Origin: an uncultured virus (IMG/VR IMGVR_UViG_3300022223_000003) | Lineage: Duplodnaviria; Heunggongvirae; Uroviricota; Caudoviricetes | Virus record (IMG/VR): IMGVR_UViG_3300022223_000003 | Length of the DNA stretch: 20,000 nucleotides | Direction: 5' to 3' (one strand) | Part shown: positions 1-7,038 of the stretch, one piece after another | How positions within the stretch are numbered: the stretch's first letter is position 1 | Layout of the letters: every line of letters starts with the position of its first letter | Made by a program: the position numbers and the translations under genes | The notes under the pieces: generated by a model | What the model was told of the DNA's origin: nothing | Databases searched by the model: none | What the model saw: only the letters and a program-made list of their open reading frames with translations

Positions 1-1
1 T

Positions 2-1618
2 GAGGTCTGGGTTCGTGCAGAAGCCAAACGTCGTGGCATCCCTGTTACAGAAAAACAGGTTCGAGACTTCGCGCTCGACCTCGCCCGCAAGGAGTTGAGC
101 AAACGAGTTGGTGTGCCGATTCCGAGCAAGATTCCCACCACCCGAAAAGAGGCCGAGAAGCTCATCAAGAAGGAGGTCAAAAAAGCGGCCAAAAGGGAGG
201 GTAAGAAGCTAGCCAAGCGAGCGGCCAAAGAGGTGCTCACCTCACAGCAAGCTCAGGCTTTGGTAGGCAACATCGCGAAGAACTACCCGTCGGGGATGCC
301 CCCGGTGGTGTTGCCCAAGAAACTGACCGTCGGAGCTGTCCACGAAGCCGCCATGGAAGCTGGTGCTCAATGGACAGAGAACTGGATCAAGACGCAGACC
401 GGCATACCGATCACAGTGCCTCGAAAACTGTCCGTCAACGCAATCGAAGAGAGCATCACAGGCGTACTCCCGAGCGACGCCGCCGAAGCGATGGAGATGA
501 CGTTGACGATTGGCGCACAGTACGCTGCGAGTGCTCTCGTAGCCGCAGCAACAGGCGCTGCCATCGGTTCCGCAGTCCCGGGTCTCGGGACCGTGGTAGG
601 TATCGGTGTCGCGTTGGGTATCCAGGCTCTGAAGGAAGAGTACAAAGAGGACCCGGTGCTTCCGCGATGCAAGGTGAAGTACCCGTGTCCGCCACTTCCC
701 AAAGTGAGTCCTGTTGAGCTGTTGCCGGTGCTCGCTGTCGCTGAGCAAAACGCAAGGAATGTCGTAGCGACACAAGAAAAACATCCGCGTTGTGTGGGCG
801 GGGCGAACTACTGCGCTGCTGTTTTTTCCACGATCAGCAGACGTTCTTTCGATGTTGTGAAAAACACGGCTCCAGTTCTCGGCTACTACCAGACGTTGAA
901 CCTGATCCCGAAATATCAGAGGGCCGCTAACCTGCCGCTGACGCGCTCAACACAGAATGTTCGCAGCATCCTGTCGGTACTCACGAGACGTCGAAACAAG
1001 TTGTCGGCTCTTGTCGCCGAAAGCAGCAAAATAGAACAGCTGTCCCCTGCGAAACTCGCGTCACTGCGGTTCAAACTGGTCACCGAGCTACAGAGCGCGG
1101 TGCGTCAGTACGAGTTCAACCAGAGCAACGACACTCGGCAGTGGCTAGCGACGTTGGGGCGTTTTATGCAGCGTTTGATCGCGGCCGAAAAGAAGACCGC
1201 GGCTCGAAGGGTTCAAGAACGCGCTGAAGGGGAGCGCCGCTTCCGGGAAGCGATGAAAGACCCGGCCAAACAACGGGCGCACGAACTCCAGATTCTGCGC
1301 TTCCAGTGCAGCGAAGGTGATCAAACAGCTTGCGCCAAGGTCCGTGAGCTGCTCAAAACAGCACCTGCACCCCCGAGACCAGCCCCCAGGAAGCCCTCAC
1401 CGGCACCAGTGGCCGCCTGCAATGCGCTGGTGGCCCAGTGGCGCGGCAAGCTGCCTCCGGCCGCCAGAGGCTGTCTGGTGCCCAGCGACCTGCGCAGAGT
1501 CCACAGCCTGTGCATGCGAGCCTACGGCCCCCGGAAGACCCTCACCCCTGCTCAAGCGCTCCAGAGCGCCAACCAGGTCGCCCTGCTCGCGTGTCGACGC
1601 AAGGGTGTGCGCATCTAA
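2..1618 (+). CDS. 5'-truncated hypothetical protein (>=538 aa) with glycine-zipper hydrophobic segment, coiled coil and Cys-containing C-terminal domain
   Basis: Frame is open from base 2 (EVWVRAEAKRRGIPVTEKQ...), so the TTG at 95 is probably not the start. Contains ASALVAAATGAAIGSAVPGLGTVVGIGVALG, repeated G[IVM]P..P.K motifs and a Pro-rich linker. Confidence 0.75.
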   Translation, partial: EVWVRAEAKRRGIPVTEKQVRDFALDLARKELSKRVGVPIPSKIPTTRKEAEKLIKKEVKKAAKREGKKLAKRAAKEVLTSQQAQALVGNIAKNYPSGMPPVVLPKKLTVGAVHEAAMEAGAQWTENWIKTQTGIPITVPRKLSVNAIEESITGVLPSDAAEAMEMTLTIGAQYAASALVAAATGAAIGSAVPGLGTVVGIGVALGIQALKEEYKEDPVLPRCKVKYPCPPLPKVSPVELLPVLAVAEQNARNVVATQEKHPRCVGGANYCAAVFSTISRRSFDVVKNTAPVLGYYQTLNLIPKYQRAANLPLTRSTQNVRSILSVLTRRRNKLSALVAESSKIEQLSPAKLASLRFKLVTELQSAVRQYEFNQSNDTRQWLATLGRFMQRLIAAEKKTAARRVQERAEGERRFREAMKDPAKQRAHELQILRFQCSEGDQTACAKVRELLKTAPAPPRPAPRKPSPAPVAACNALVAQWRGKLPPAARGCLVPSDLRRVHSLCMRAYGPRKTLTPAQALQSANQVALLACRRKGVRI

Positions 1619-1624
1619 GCGCGC

Positions 1625-2152
1625 TCAACGCCAGCCGTCTTCGTGTGTTGCCAGAAGTCGCATATCCGCCACACCCCGCGGTGCCCAAACACAACCCGAG
1701 GCTACATCCCAGGAGTGATACCAGGACAGCGTCCTATCGCGCCCTGCGCCGCGTTGGTACGGGCAGATCTCGATCCCCGCGTGTCTTTCTGCCACGGCTC
1801 CCCAGTTCACGTCGAAACCTCGGCTATCCGCCCACTGCTCACTGAAGGCCAACAGCTCTCGGGCGGTCGGCAGCGCGAGAATGTCCACGCCTAGCCGGAT
1901 CTCGTAGAGATAGCGGTAGCGTTTTCGGGCGAGCTGTATGTAGATGTCTTCGTTGCTGGCGAGGAGATCTGCCCAACCCGACCCGCAGGCATACCACAGC
2001 CCTGCGGGTTTCATGCCCCAACACCCTTTGTTTGACTCTACGTGAAACCCTGTAACAGGTCTCGGTGTGAAAAAATACCGAAGATCCTCCTCTTCGAGCC
2101 TGTCCCCTAGCCGCGCTAGCTGCGCCTGCGTAATCGTGATTTGGGTGCCCAC
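1625..2152 (-). CDS. Viral hypothetical protein with KPxGLW ... W..VA....GIEI.PY ... WDVxSGCVW motifs
   Basis: 175-aa globular ORF at the end of the minus-strand run; Trp-rich motif pattern resembles a conserved phage hypothetical family as recalled; function unknown. Confidence 0.7.
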   Translation of the reverse strand: MGTQITITQAQLARLGDRLEEEDLRYFFTPRPVTGFHVESNKGCWGMKPAGLWYACGSGWADLLASNEDIYIQLARKRYRYLYEIRLGVDILALPTARELLAFSEQWADSRGFDVNWGAVAERHAGIEICPYQRGAGRDRTLSWYHSWDVASGCVWAPRGVADMRLLATHEDGWR

Positions 2153-2165
2153 AAAACGCGCTTCT

Positions 2166-2609
2166 CTAGTTCGACGGCGTCTTGGGTCGTTTTCGCCGCA
2201 GTGGGGTCGTCTCGTCGAGCGACTGCTCGGGCGGCACGCTCTGTCCTGGCAGCGTCAGCTCGATCCCGCGGTGTTTGGCAAAACCTCGTACGAAAGCCCA
2301 TAGGAACAGACCTACGCCGCCCGCGACTGCGAAGTACATCTGAGACCCGATGAGCGGCCACCCCTGACCTTCTGGGTCCCGCCACATGTTCCCGAGCACG
2401 AAACCGGCTACGACCGGGTGGAGGATTTGCGACTCGCGCATCCAGTACCAGAAGTGGTGTTGCCACCTCGACGGCCACTTTCGATAGGCGCGCTCGCGTG
2501 TGAAGAGGCTTCTGCTGGTGAACAGGCCGATGAACATGAAAACGAACGCGGCCGACCAGAAGGGCCAGCGTTCGAGGGTGAGCATGCTTCCTAGAAAATC
2601 GTCGATCAT
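2166..2609 (-). CDS. Three-TM membrane protein, holin-like topology
   Basis: Hydrophobic segments WPFWSAAFVFMFIGLF, ILHPVVAGFVLG and YFAVAGGVGLFLWAFV; basic C-terminal tail (RRKRPK). Holin role is inferred from topology only. Confidence 0.65.
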   Translation of the reverse strand: MIDDFLGSMLTLERWPFWSAAFVFMFIGLFTSRSLFTRERAYRKWPSRWQHHFWYWMRESQILHPVVAGFVLGNMWRDPEGQGWPLIGSQMYFAVAGGVGLFLWAFVRGFAKHRGIELTLPGQSVPPEQSLDETTPLRRKRPKTPSN

Positions 2610-2618
2610 GACGCGGTT

Positions 2619-2647
2619 ATTCTACCGCATCTACGCGCCGGTGACGA
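2619..2647 (-). promoter_or_regulatory. Possible sigma70-like promoter next to the start codon at 2609
   Basis: Minus strand TCGTCA-N17-TAGAAT-N9-ATG; no SD motif before this ATG. Confidence 0.35.
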
Positions 2648-2933
2648 CCAAACCTTCTGGCTGCTCGTGATCTTCCAACCAGCGTCGAATCTTGGCCGCT
2701 TGTAGAAATGCTGTCTCGGTTCCGATTCGCTCGCGCCAGCCGGGAGAGAGCCCGTCGACGGGGCGTTTGCCGCCCATCCCGGCGACGGGCGTCGCGAGCA
2801 TCTGGACAGTGGTTCGGAACTTGCGCCCCATCCGGTTGATGGCCATCTCGAAGGCCTGGGTCTGAATGCCGCTCGGGAGACGGCCGGGCGGCACCTTCAG
2901 CTCGCTGTCCAAGGTGTAGTTGAAATGCAGCAT
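2631..2933 (-). CDS. Hypothetical protein (100 aa)
   Basis: ATG at 2933 overlaps the stop of the upstream gene (TGATG); fits the operon. Confidence 0.7.
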   Translation of the reverse strand: MLHFNYTLDSELKVPPGRLPSGIQTQAFEMAINRMGRKFRTTVQMLATPVAGMGGKRPVDGLSPGWRERIGTETAFLQAAKIRRWLEDHEQPEGLVVTGA

Positions 2934-3259
2934 CAATCCGCCTCTTCTTCCTCGTCGCCGAGTAACATGGGTGCAGGCCCCGGCGGCGGTCTCGTCATGC
3001 GATCGAGCAGGATGTTCCCGACTGCATAGGCTCCAGGATACGCCACTGCGTAGCTCCAGTCACCCGCCCACCAGATGGGTACCAAAACCATCGCTGCTGC
3101 CGTGTAGAGCGGCATGCAGACGTTGCAGGCCAGCGGTTTTCGACCCTCTCGTGTGAGTGCTGCCAGGCCGGGGGTGTTGCGCAGGATGATCGTCAGCCCA
3201 TACGCTCCGAGACCGCCCAAAAGCGACCACAGCAGCAGATCCTGGGGCGTTGGTGTCAC
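2933..3259 (-). CDS. Small membrane protein with CxxC, DUF1360-like
   Basis: TM segment followed by GRKPLACNVCMPLY and further hydrophobic segments; the KPLxCxxC pattern resembles DUF1360-like membrane proteins. Confidence 0.6.
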   Translation of the reverse strand: MTPTPQDLLLWSLLGGLGAYGLTIILRNTPGLAALTREGRKPLACNVCMPLYTAAAMVLVPIWWAGDWSYAVAYPGAYAVGNILLDRMTRPPPGPAPMLLGDEEEEAD

Positions 3260-3263
3260 CGCA

Positions 3264-3581
3264 CTACCTGATCGCCGAGTGCAGGTACCAAAGTTCGATC
3301 TCGATCAGGTTCGCCGCGTCTGTGGAGTCAAGTGTGAAATCCATGCTGATCGGAACGCCATTTGCGTCGTAGGAAAACGACGCCTCGCTGCTCACGTTGG
3401 AGATACCGGCCCCAGGTGACACCAAGATCTGAAAGTTGTCCTCGAACGTGGAGTCTTGTTTCACACCGTCTGGTAAGGAGCTGAGATCAACCGATTGGGT
3501 AACGCCAGACCCTGAAACCCCTATCTCCCCTGAGTAGTTGAGGCGGTAGCTGGAACCGGCAGGTGTTGTAGGGCTCAACAT
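3264..3581 (-). CDS. Small acidic beta-rich protein, possible virion/spike-associated
   Basis: 105-aa ORF with alternating beta-strand pattern, directly downstream of the fibre gene. Confidence 0.65.
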   Translation of the reverse strand: MLSPTTPAGSSYRLNYSGEIGVSGSGVTQSVDLSSLPDGVKQDSTFEDNFQILVSPGAGISNVSSEASFSYDANGVPISMDFTLDSTDAANLIEIELWYLHSAIR

Positions 3582-3595
3582 GTTTCGATCCTACG

Positions 3596-4473
3596 CTAAG
3601 CGATGGGTCCGACTGCGGCTGCAATGCGATCCAGCGCGTCTTTGATGGTTGTCGGTGCTGATCCGCTCCAGTTTGCTGGAACCGCTGCCGTATACGCATC
3701 CGTTGTCGCCCCTGCTGCGATCCCATCGAGCTTGCTCTTATCAGCGCCCGTCATGAAACCGTCTGCACCCCTGCAACGACATCCGCATGGAGAGTGCCGC
3801 CAGCTTGATCGCCGTGGCCGTGGATGTGGTCACCACGCGAAAACTGTGTGCTACCTCCCCCCGAACTGCTTGCCCCTACGTTATTGGCTGATGCCGAGGC
3901 GAGAACCTGATGGGTGTGATCAGACCTGGCAGGTGTCGTAGAGGTTCCAGCGGAACCGACGTTTCCTGATACGCTGGGCGGAGCGCCTGGTGTCCCGAGG
4001 TCATGTTTGTGATCGGCGCGAGCGGGCACAGCACTCGCACCTGCCGAAGCTGCGGCAAACGTCGAGTTTACAGGGGCCGCGGGGGCACCGAGGTCGTGTT
4101 TGTGGTCGGCACGAGCAGCGCTTGTAGCCGTACCTACCGCAGCTGCTGCAAAAGTAGAATCCGCGGGTGTTGTGGTAGCGAGCGGTGTCGTCGGGATCTC
4201 TGCCCAGCTCCCGTCCCAGACGTAGATTTCGCCCAGGCTCTCGACGTAGGTCGAGTACCCTTTGTTCGGTGTGATGTAGCTCCAAGCAGAGCCGTTCCAC
4301 TGAGCGATGTCGCTGGCATGTCCGACCCACGCTCCTGTCGGAACAGTGTCTACGATGTAACGATCCCCGTCCGCCGGGGCGCCCGGGGGATCGTTGATGA
4401 TGTCCAATACGCTCTCTTGCCAGTCGAAAGCAGAAATAGAGCCGGTGCCAACAATGTTGATCTTGCTTCCCAC
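3596..4473 (-). CDS. Fibre/spike protein with N-terminal DUF2793-like domain and four xRxDHxH repeats; reading frame broken at 3768-3771
   Basis: SVLD...PPGAPADGDRYIV...PTGAWVGH...IAQWNGSAWSYITP..G..YV is DUF2793-like. Repeats are ARADHKH x2, ARSDHTH and SRGDHIH. The 240-aa frame stops at 3751, but a -1 shift in the G4 run continues into GADGFMTGADKSKLDGIAAGA...PTTIKDALDRIAAAVGPIA* (stop 3596-3598), giving 292 aa. Confidence 0.8.
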
Positions 4474-4477
4474 GCTT

Positions 4478-4690
4478 CTACCTCATCGGTCGGCTTAGGT
4501 TCCACCACGTACCTGCGAGCAACGCCGCGGTGAGCAACCACATCCCGGGGGTCATCCCTTCGGTCTCGCCGAGGCCTTGGTAGCCGCAGTTGCAACGACC
4601 GAGCCCTGTGAGGTCTGAGTAATCCCTGTCGCCGTCGATGGGTGTCCTCAACGGTACGTAGGTCGTGGTCTGTTGCAGCACTCCGAGCAT
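4478..4690 (-). CDS. 70-aa single-TM microprotein starting MLGVLQQ (paralog B)
   Basis: ATG at 4690 overlaps the upstream stop (TGATG); C-terminal TM MWLLTAALLAGTWW; contains LTGLG and YQGLG. Confidence 0.75.
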   Translation of the reverse strand: MLGVLQQTTTYVPLRTPIDGDRDYSDLTGLGRCNCGYQGLGETEGMTPGMWLLTAALLAGTWWNLSRPMR

Positions 4691-4872
4691 CACGTCGACT
4701 CCGTTGTGTGTGGTGTCACCCACGCCCAAATCATCCAAGCCCCGATCACACCCCCCAAAACCCAAAACATCGCGGTTTTGGGTTCGCCTTTCTCCAAACC
4801 GTTCCGAACCGCATCGCCATAAACATAGCGTTGTGGTTGGTAAACCTCGGGTTGTTGCAACACCCCGAGCAT
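4690..4872 (-). CDS. 60-aa single-TM microprotein starting MLGVLQQ (paralog A)
   Basis: ATG at 4872 overlaps the upstream stop (TGATG); TM AMFWVLGGVIGAWMIWAWV; corresponds to the C-terminal part of track ORF 4690..5094. Confidence 0.75.
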   Translation of the reverse strand: MLGVLQQPEVYQPQRYVYGDAVRNGLEKGEPKTAMFWVLGGVIGAWMIWAWVTPHTTEST

Positions 4873-5339
4873 CACGCTTCCAACAGTTTCTCGAATGCGC
4901 TCTGAAACATCTTGAAACGCACGGGGTAGCCGCGGTTCAGCTCGTCGACGAGATTCGGAGGGAAGTTCTTGAGCTGTTCGATGCGCACCTTCGCGTTGTG
5001 TTTCCCGAGACGTTGTGCGAGATCGCGTCGTGCGCGGACGTCTGCGAGTGTGAGAACGGTGCTGCCGTCCTGCGCCTGCTCTGCTTCGACCCACACCTTC
5101 TCTTCTCCGACCCGCGCTTCTAGAGCGGAAACACGCTTGTTGCTTTGCATCTCGCCAACTCCGTCGAGGTATTTGATAGCAGATAGGGACGGAACGCTCT
5201 TCGGCATACGAAAATGACGAGCTTGGGTAGTGTAAAAACTTACAGTTTCACCTGTCCTTGTGTCCCTATAGCTATCGTCGCACGGATACTCTTTATCTGC
5301 TCCAATCAGACACCCCCCACCCGTGTGTTTCCAAGGCAT
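4872..5339 (-). CDS. Hypothetical protein (155 aa)
   Basis: Coupled at both ends (TAATG at 5337-5341, TGATG at 4870-4874); contains LDGVG. Confidence 0.75.
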   Translation of the reverse strand: MPWKHTGGGCLIGADKEYPCDDSYRDTRTGETVSFYTTQARHFRMPKSVPSLSAIKYLDGVGEMQSNKRVSALEARVGEEKVWVEAEQAQDGSTVLTLADVRARRDLAQRLGKHNAKVRIEQLKNFPPNLVDELNRGYPVRFKMFQSAFEKLLEA

Positions 5340-6193
5340 TAGATCCTCTCCGACCCGATATGCGGTGAAAGCAGGTTGTAGGCGAAGAGCAGAAGAAGCG
5401 CGGCCGACCCGGTCTTTGCCACCGAAGCCTTGGCTACTGGTTTGATGACCTTGCCGAACACCTCGGACGGACAGCTCCGAACGGTTGCGATGACGTGTGC
5501 GTAGCTGCCGACACCCGCATTGGCCATGTTGACCATCGCTTGCTTGAGCAGCGTGATGGTCTGAGCGCCATCGGCGTCACTCATCGTGTCATACGCCGTC
5601 GTCAGCGCGACGGTGTACACCCAGAGCTGGGTCGGGAGCTTGCCCAACAGCGCCGCATCGGGTTCGTAGACGGGTCCGACACCGAGGGCTTGCCCGGCGT
5701 AGCGCATCCCGGCCCACTTCTTCGGCGTCTGCACGACGGCCATGTAGAACGTGCCGCCCTTGTCCTGCTGCCAGCGCCACGTCACAGGTTCGCTCTTGAA
5801 GCTCGTCACCTTGCTGGTCTTGTACCCGGCCTTGCGCATCAGCTCTCTGACCTGCGCGTCCAGGACGCTCTTGTTGGCGCGTCCTCGGTCGGTGAAGACA
5901 AAGCGCACGACCATCGACGGGGTCTGACCCGAGACGAAAGGTTCTTTCTTGACGGTGAAAGGGCCGCGACCGAGCACGAGCAAAGGATCGACCGTGATTT
6001 CCTCGTTGGCCGGAGCCGCGTGAAAACCGCTGATGTATCCCATTCCGCCGCCGGGTGCCGGGGCGAAGGGATGGGGTACGGTGCTCGTCCAGCGCGTGGA
6101 AGCCAGAGCGCCCCCGGGCGCACGGCGGAACGGCCGCGGCGAGTTGCTCGTCCAGCGCGACCCTGCGATCCCTTGTCCGACCTCCATCACCAT
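5339..6193 (-). CDS. Hypothetical protein (284 aa) with N-terminal tandem repeat and C-terminal hydrophobic anchor
   Basis: SRWTSNSPRPFRRAPGG / TRWTSTVPHPFAPAPGG repeat; C-terminal GSAALLLLFAYNLL; GC3-rich codon usage. Confidence 0.8.
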   Translation of the reverse strand: MVMEVGQGIAGSRWTSNSPRPFRRAPGGALASTRWTSTVPHPFAPAPGGGMGYISGFHAAPANEEITVDPLLVLGRGPFTVKKEPFVSGQTPSMVVRFVFTDRGRANKSVLDAQVRELMRKAGYKTSKVTSFKSEPVTWRWQQDKGGTFYMAVVQTPKKWAGMRYAGQALGVGPVYEPDAALLGKLPTQLWVYTVALTTAYDTMSDADGAQTITLLKQAMVNMANAGVGSYAHVIATVRSCPSEVFGKVIKPVAKASVAKTGSAALLLLFAYNLLSPHIGSERI

Positions 6194-6206
6194 TTCGTCA
6201 CCTGCT

Positions 6207-6434
6207 TCAGATCATCTGGCACGGGCAGTCGTTGGCCGCGTGGAACGTGACGATCGCGTTGTTGCCCTTCTTCATGACCAAGATCCAGTTGCCGAGCGCC
6301 GGTACCCAGTAGACGTGCCCTTTTTCGCTGGAGCTGTCCTCTTTGAACTCTGCCTGGTACTGCCCCAAGAATGCGTGGAGGGGTTCATTCCCTCCTTTCA
6401 GTGAAATCACCTTTTTCGATAAAGACCTTGCCAT
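6207..6434 (-). CDS. Small hypothetical protein (75 aa), C-terminal CPC
   Basis: Fills the gap in the operon; purine-rich leader; protein-like composition. Confidence 0.65.
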   Translation of the reverse strand: MARSLSKKVISLKGGNEPLHAFLGQYQAEFKEDSSSEKGHVYWVPALGNWILVMKKGNNAIVTFHAANDCPCQMI

Positions 6435-6458
6435 TCCTGTTTTTCCCGTTTTTCCATG

Positions 6459-7028
6459 CTACCTGAAACCGGAGACTTCGCTGTCGGTTTCTGGCGAGCG
6501 TGAGAGCATCCACCAGACGAGGCCTCCAAGCGCCAGTAGCGGAAGCATGGCCACGGCACCGCCTGTTTGGCCGAACCCGGGCCGTAGCTCGGACGCGGGC
6601 TCGCGGTAGGAGCCTCCGCGGAGGGCTCCCAGACCGTCTGTGAGCGGCGCCGGGGAGTAGTTCATGGCCTCGGCGTAGCTTTCACCGCCGATGGACACAT
6701 CCCGGTAGGGAGCCGCCTGGACACGATAGCCGGGCGGCGACCCGGGTTGCGCTGCGGCGTTCCAACCGACGTTGATGTTGCCCTTCCGGGAGTCGACGGT
6801 GGGCCGGAGCTTGTAGGGGTGCCAAGGCGTGGGCCACGACACCCCAGCCTGTGAGCGAAGGTAGTCGTTGGTGTTCTGGATCTCGGTCAGAACGTCATCG
6901 CCCCGCGTGATGGTCAGGGCATCGCTCGCGGGGATGGTAGCCGACAGCGCAGACGCAAGACCGCGGTCGTGGAGCGCTTGGTTGGCGCCCACGGTATCTC
7001 GCTGCGGCTGTCCGGTCCCGAGGGTCAT
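6459..7028 (-). CDS. Hypothetical protein (189 aa) with C-terminal TM anchor
   Basis: Start reassigned to ATG 7028 (MTLGTGQ), which is preceded by AGGAGG; TM AVAMLPLLALGGLVWWML; contains DGLGA and PGFGQ. Confidence 0.8.
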   Translation of the reverse strand: MTLGTGQPQRDTVGANQALHDRGLASALSATIPASDALTITRGDDVLTEIQNTNDYLRSQAGVSWPTPWHPYKLRPTVDSRKGNINVGWNAAAQPGSPPGYRVQAAPYRDVSIGGESYAEAMNYSPAPLTDGLGALRGGSYREPASELRPGFGQTGGAVAMLPLLALGGLVWWMLSRSPETDSEVSGFR

Positions 7029-7038
7029 CGACGACCTC

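Noticed and set aside
95..97. TTG at 95 as start of the plus-strand gene
   Set aside because: The upstream AAGGAG abuts the codon with no spacer, and the frame stays open with protein-like sequence to the window edge.
4690..5094. Track ORFs 4690..5094 and 4478..4765 at full length
   Set aside because: Their 5' parts overlap upstream genes; TGATG-coupled starts at 4872 and 4690 give cleaner paralogous products.
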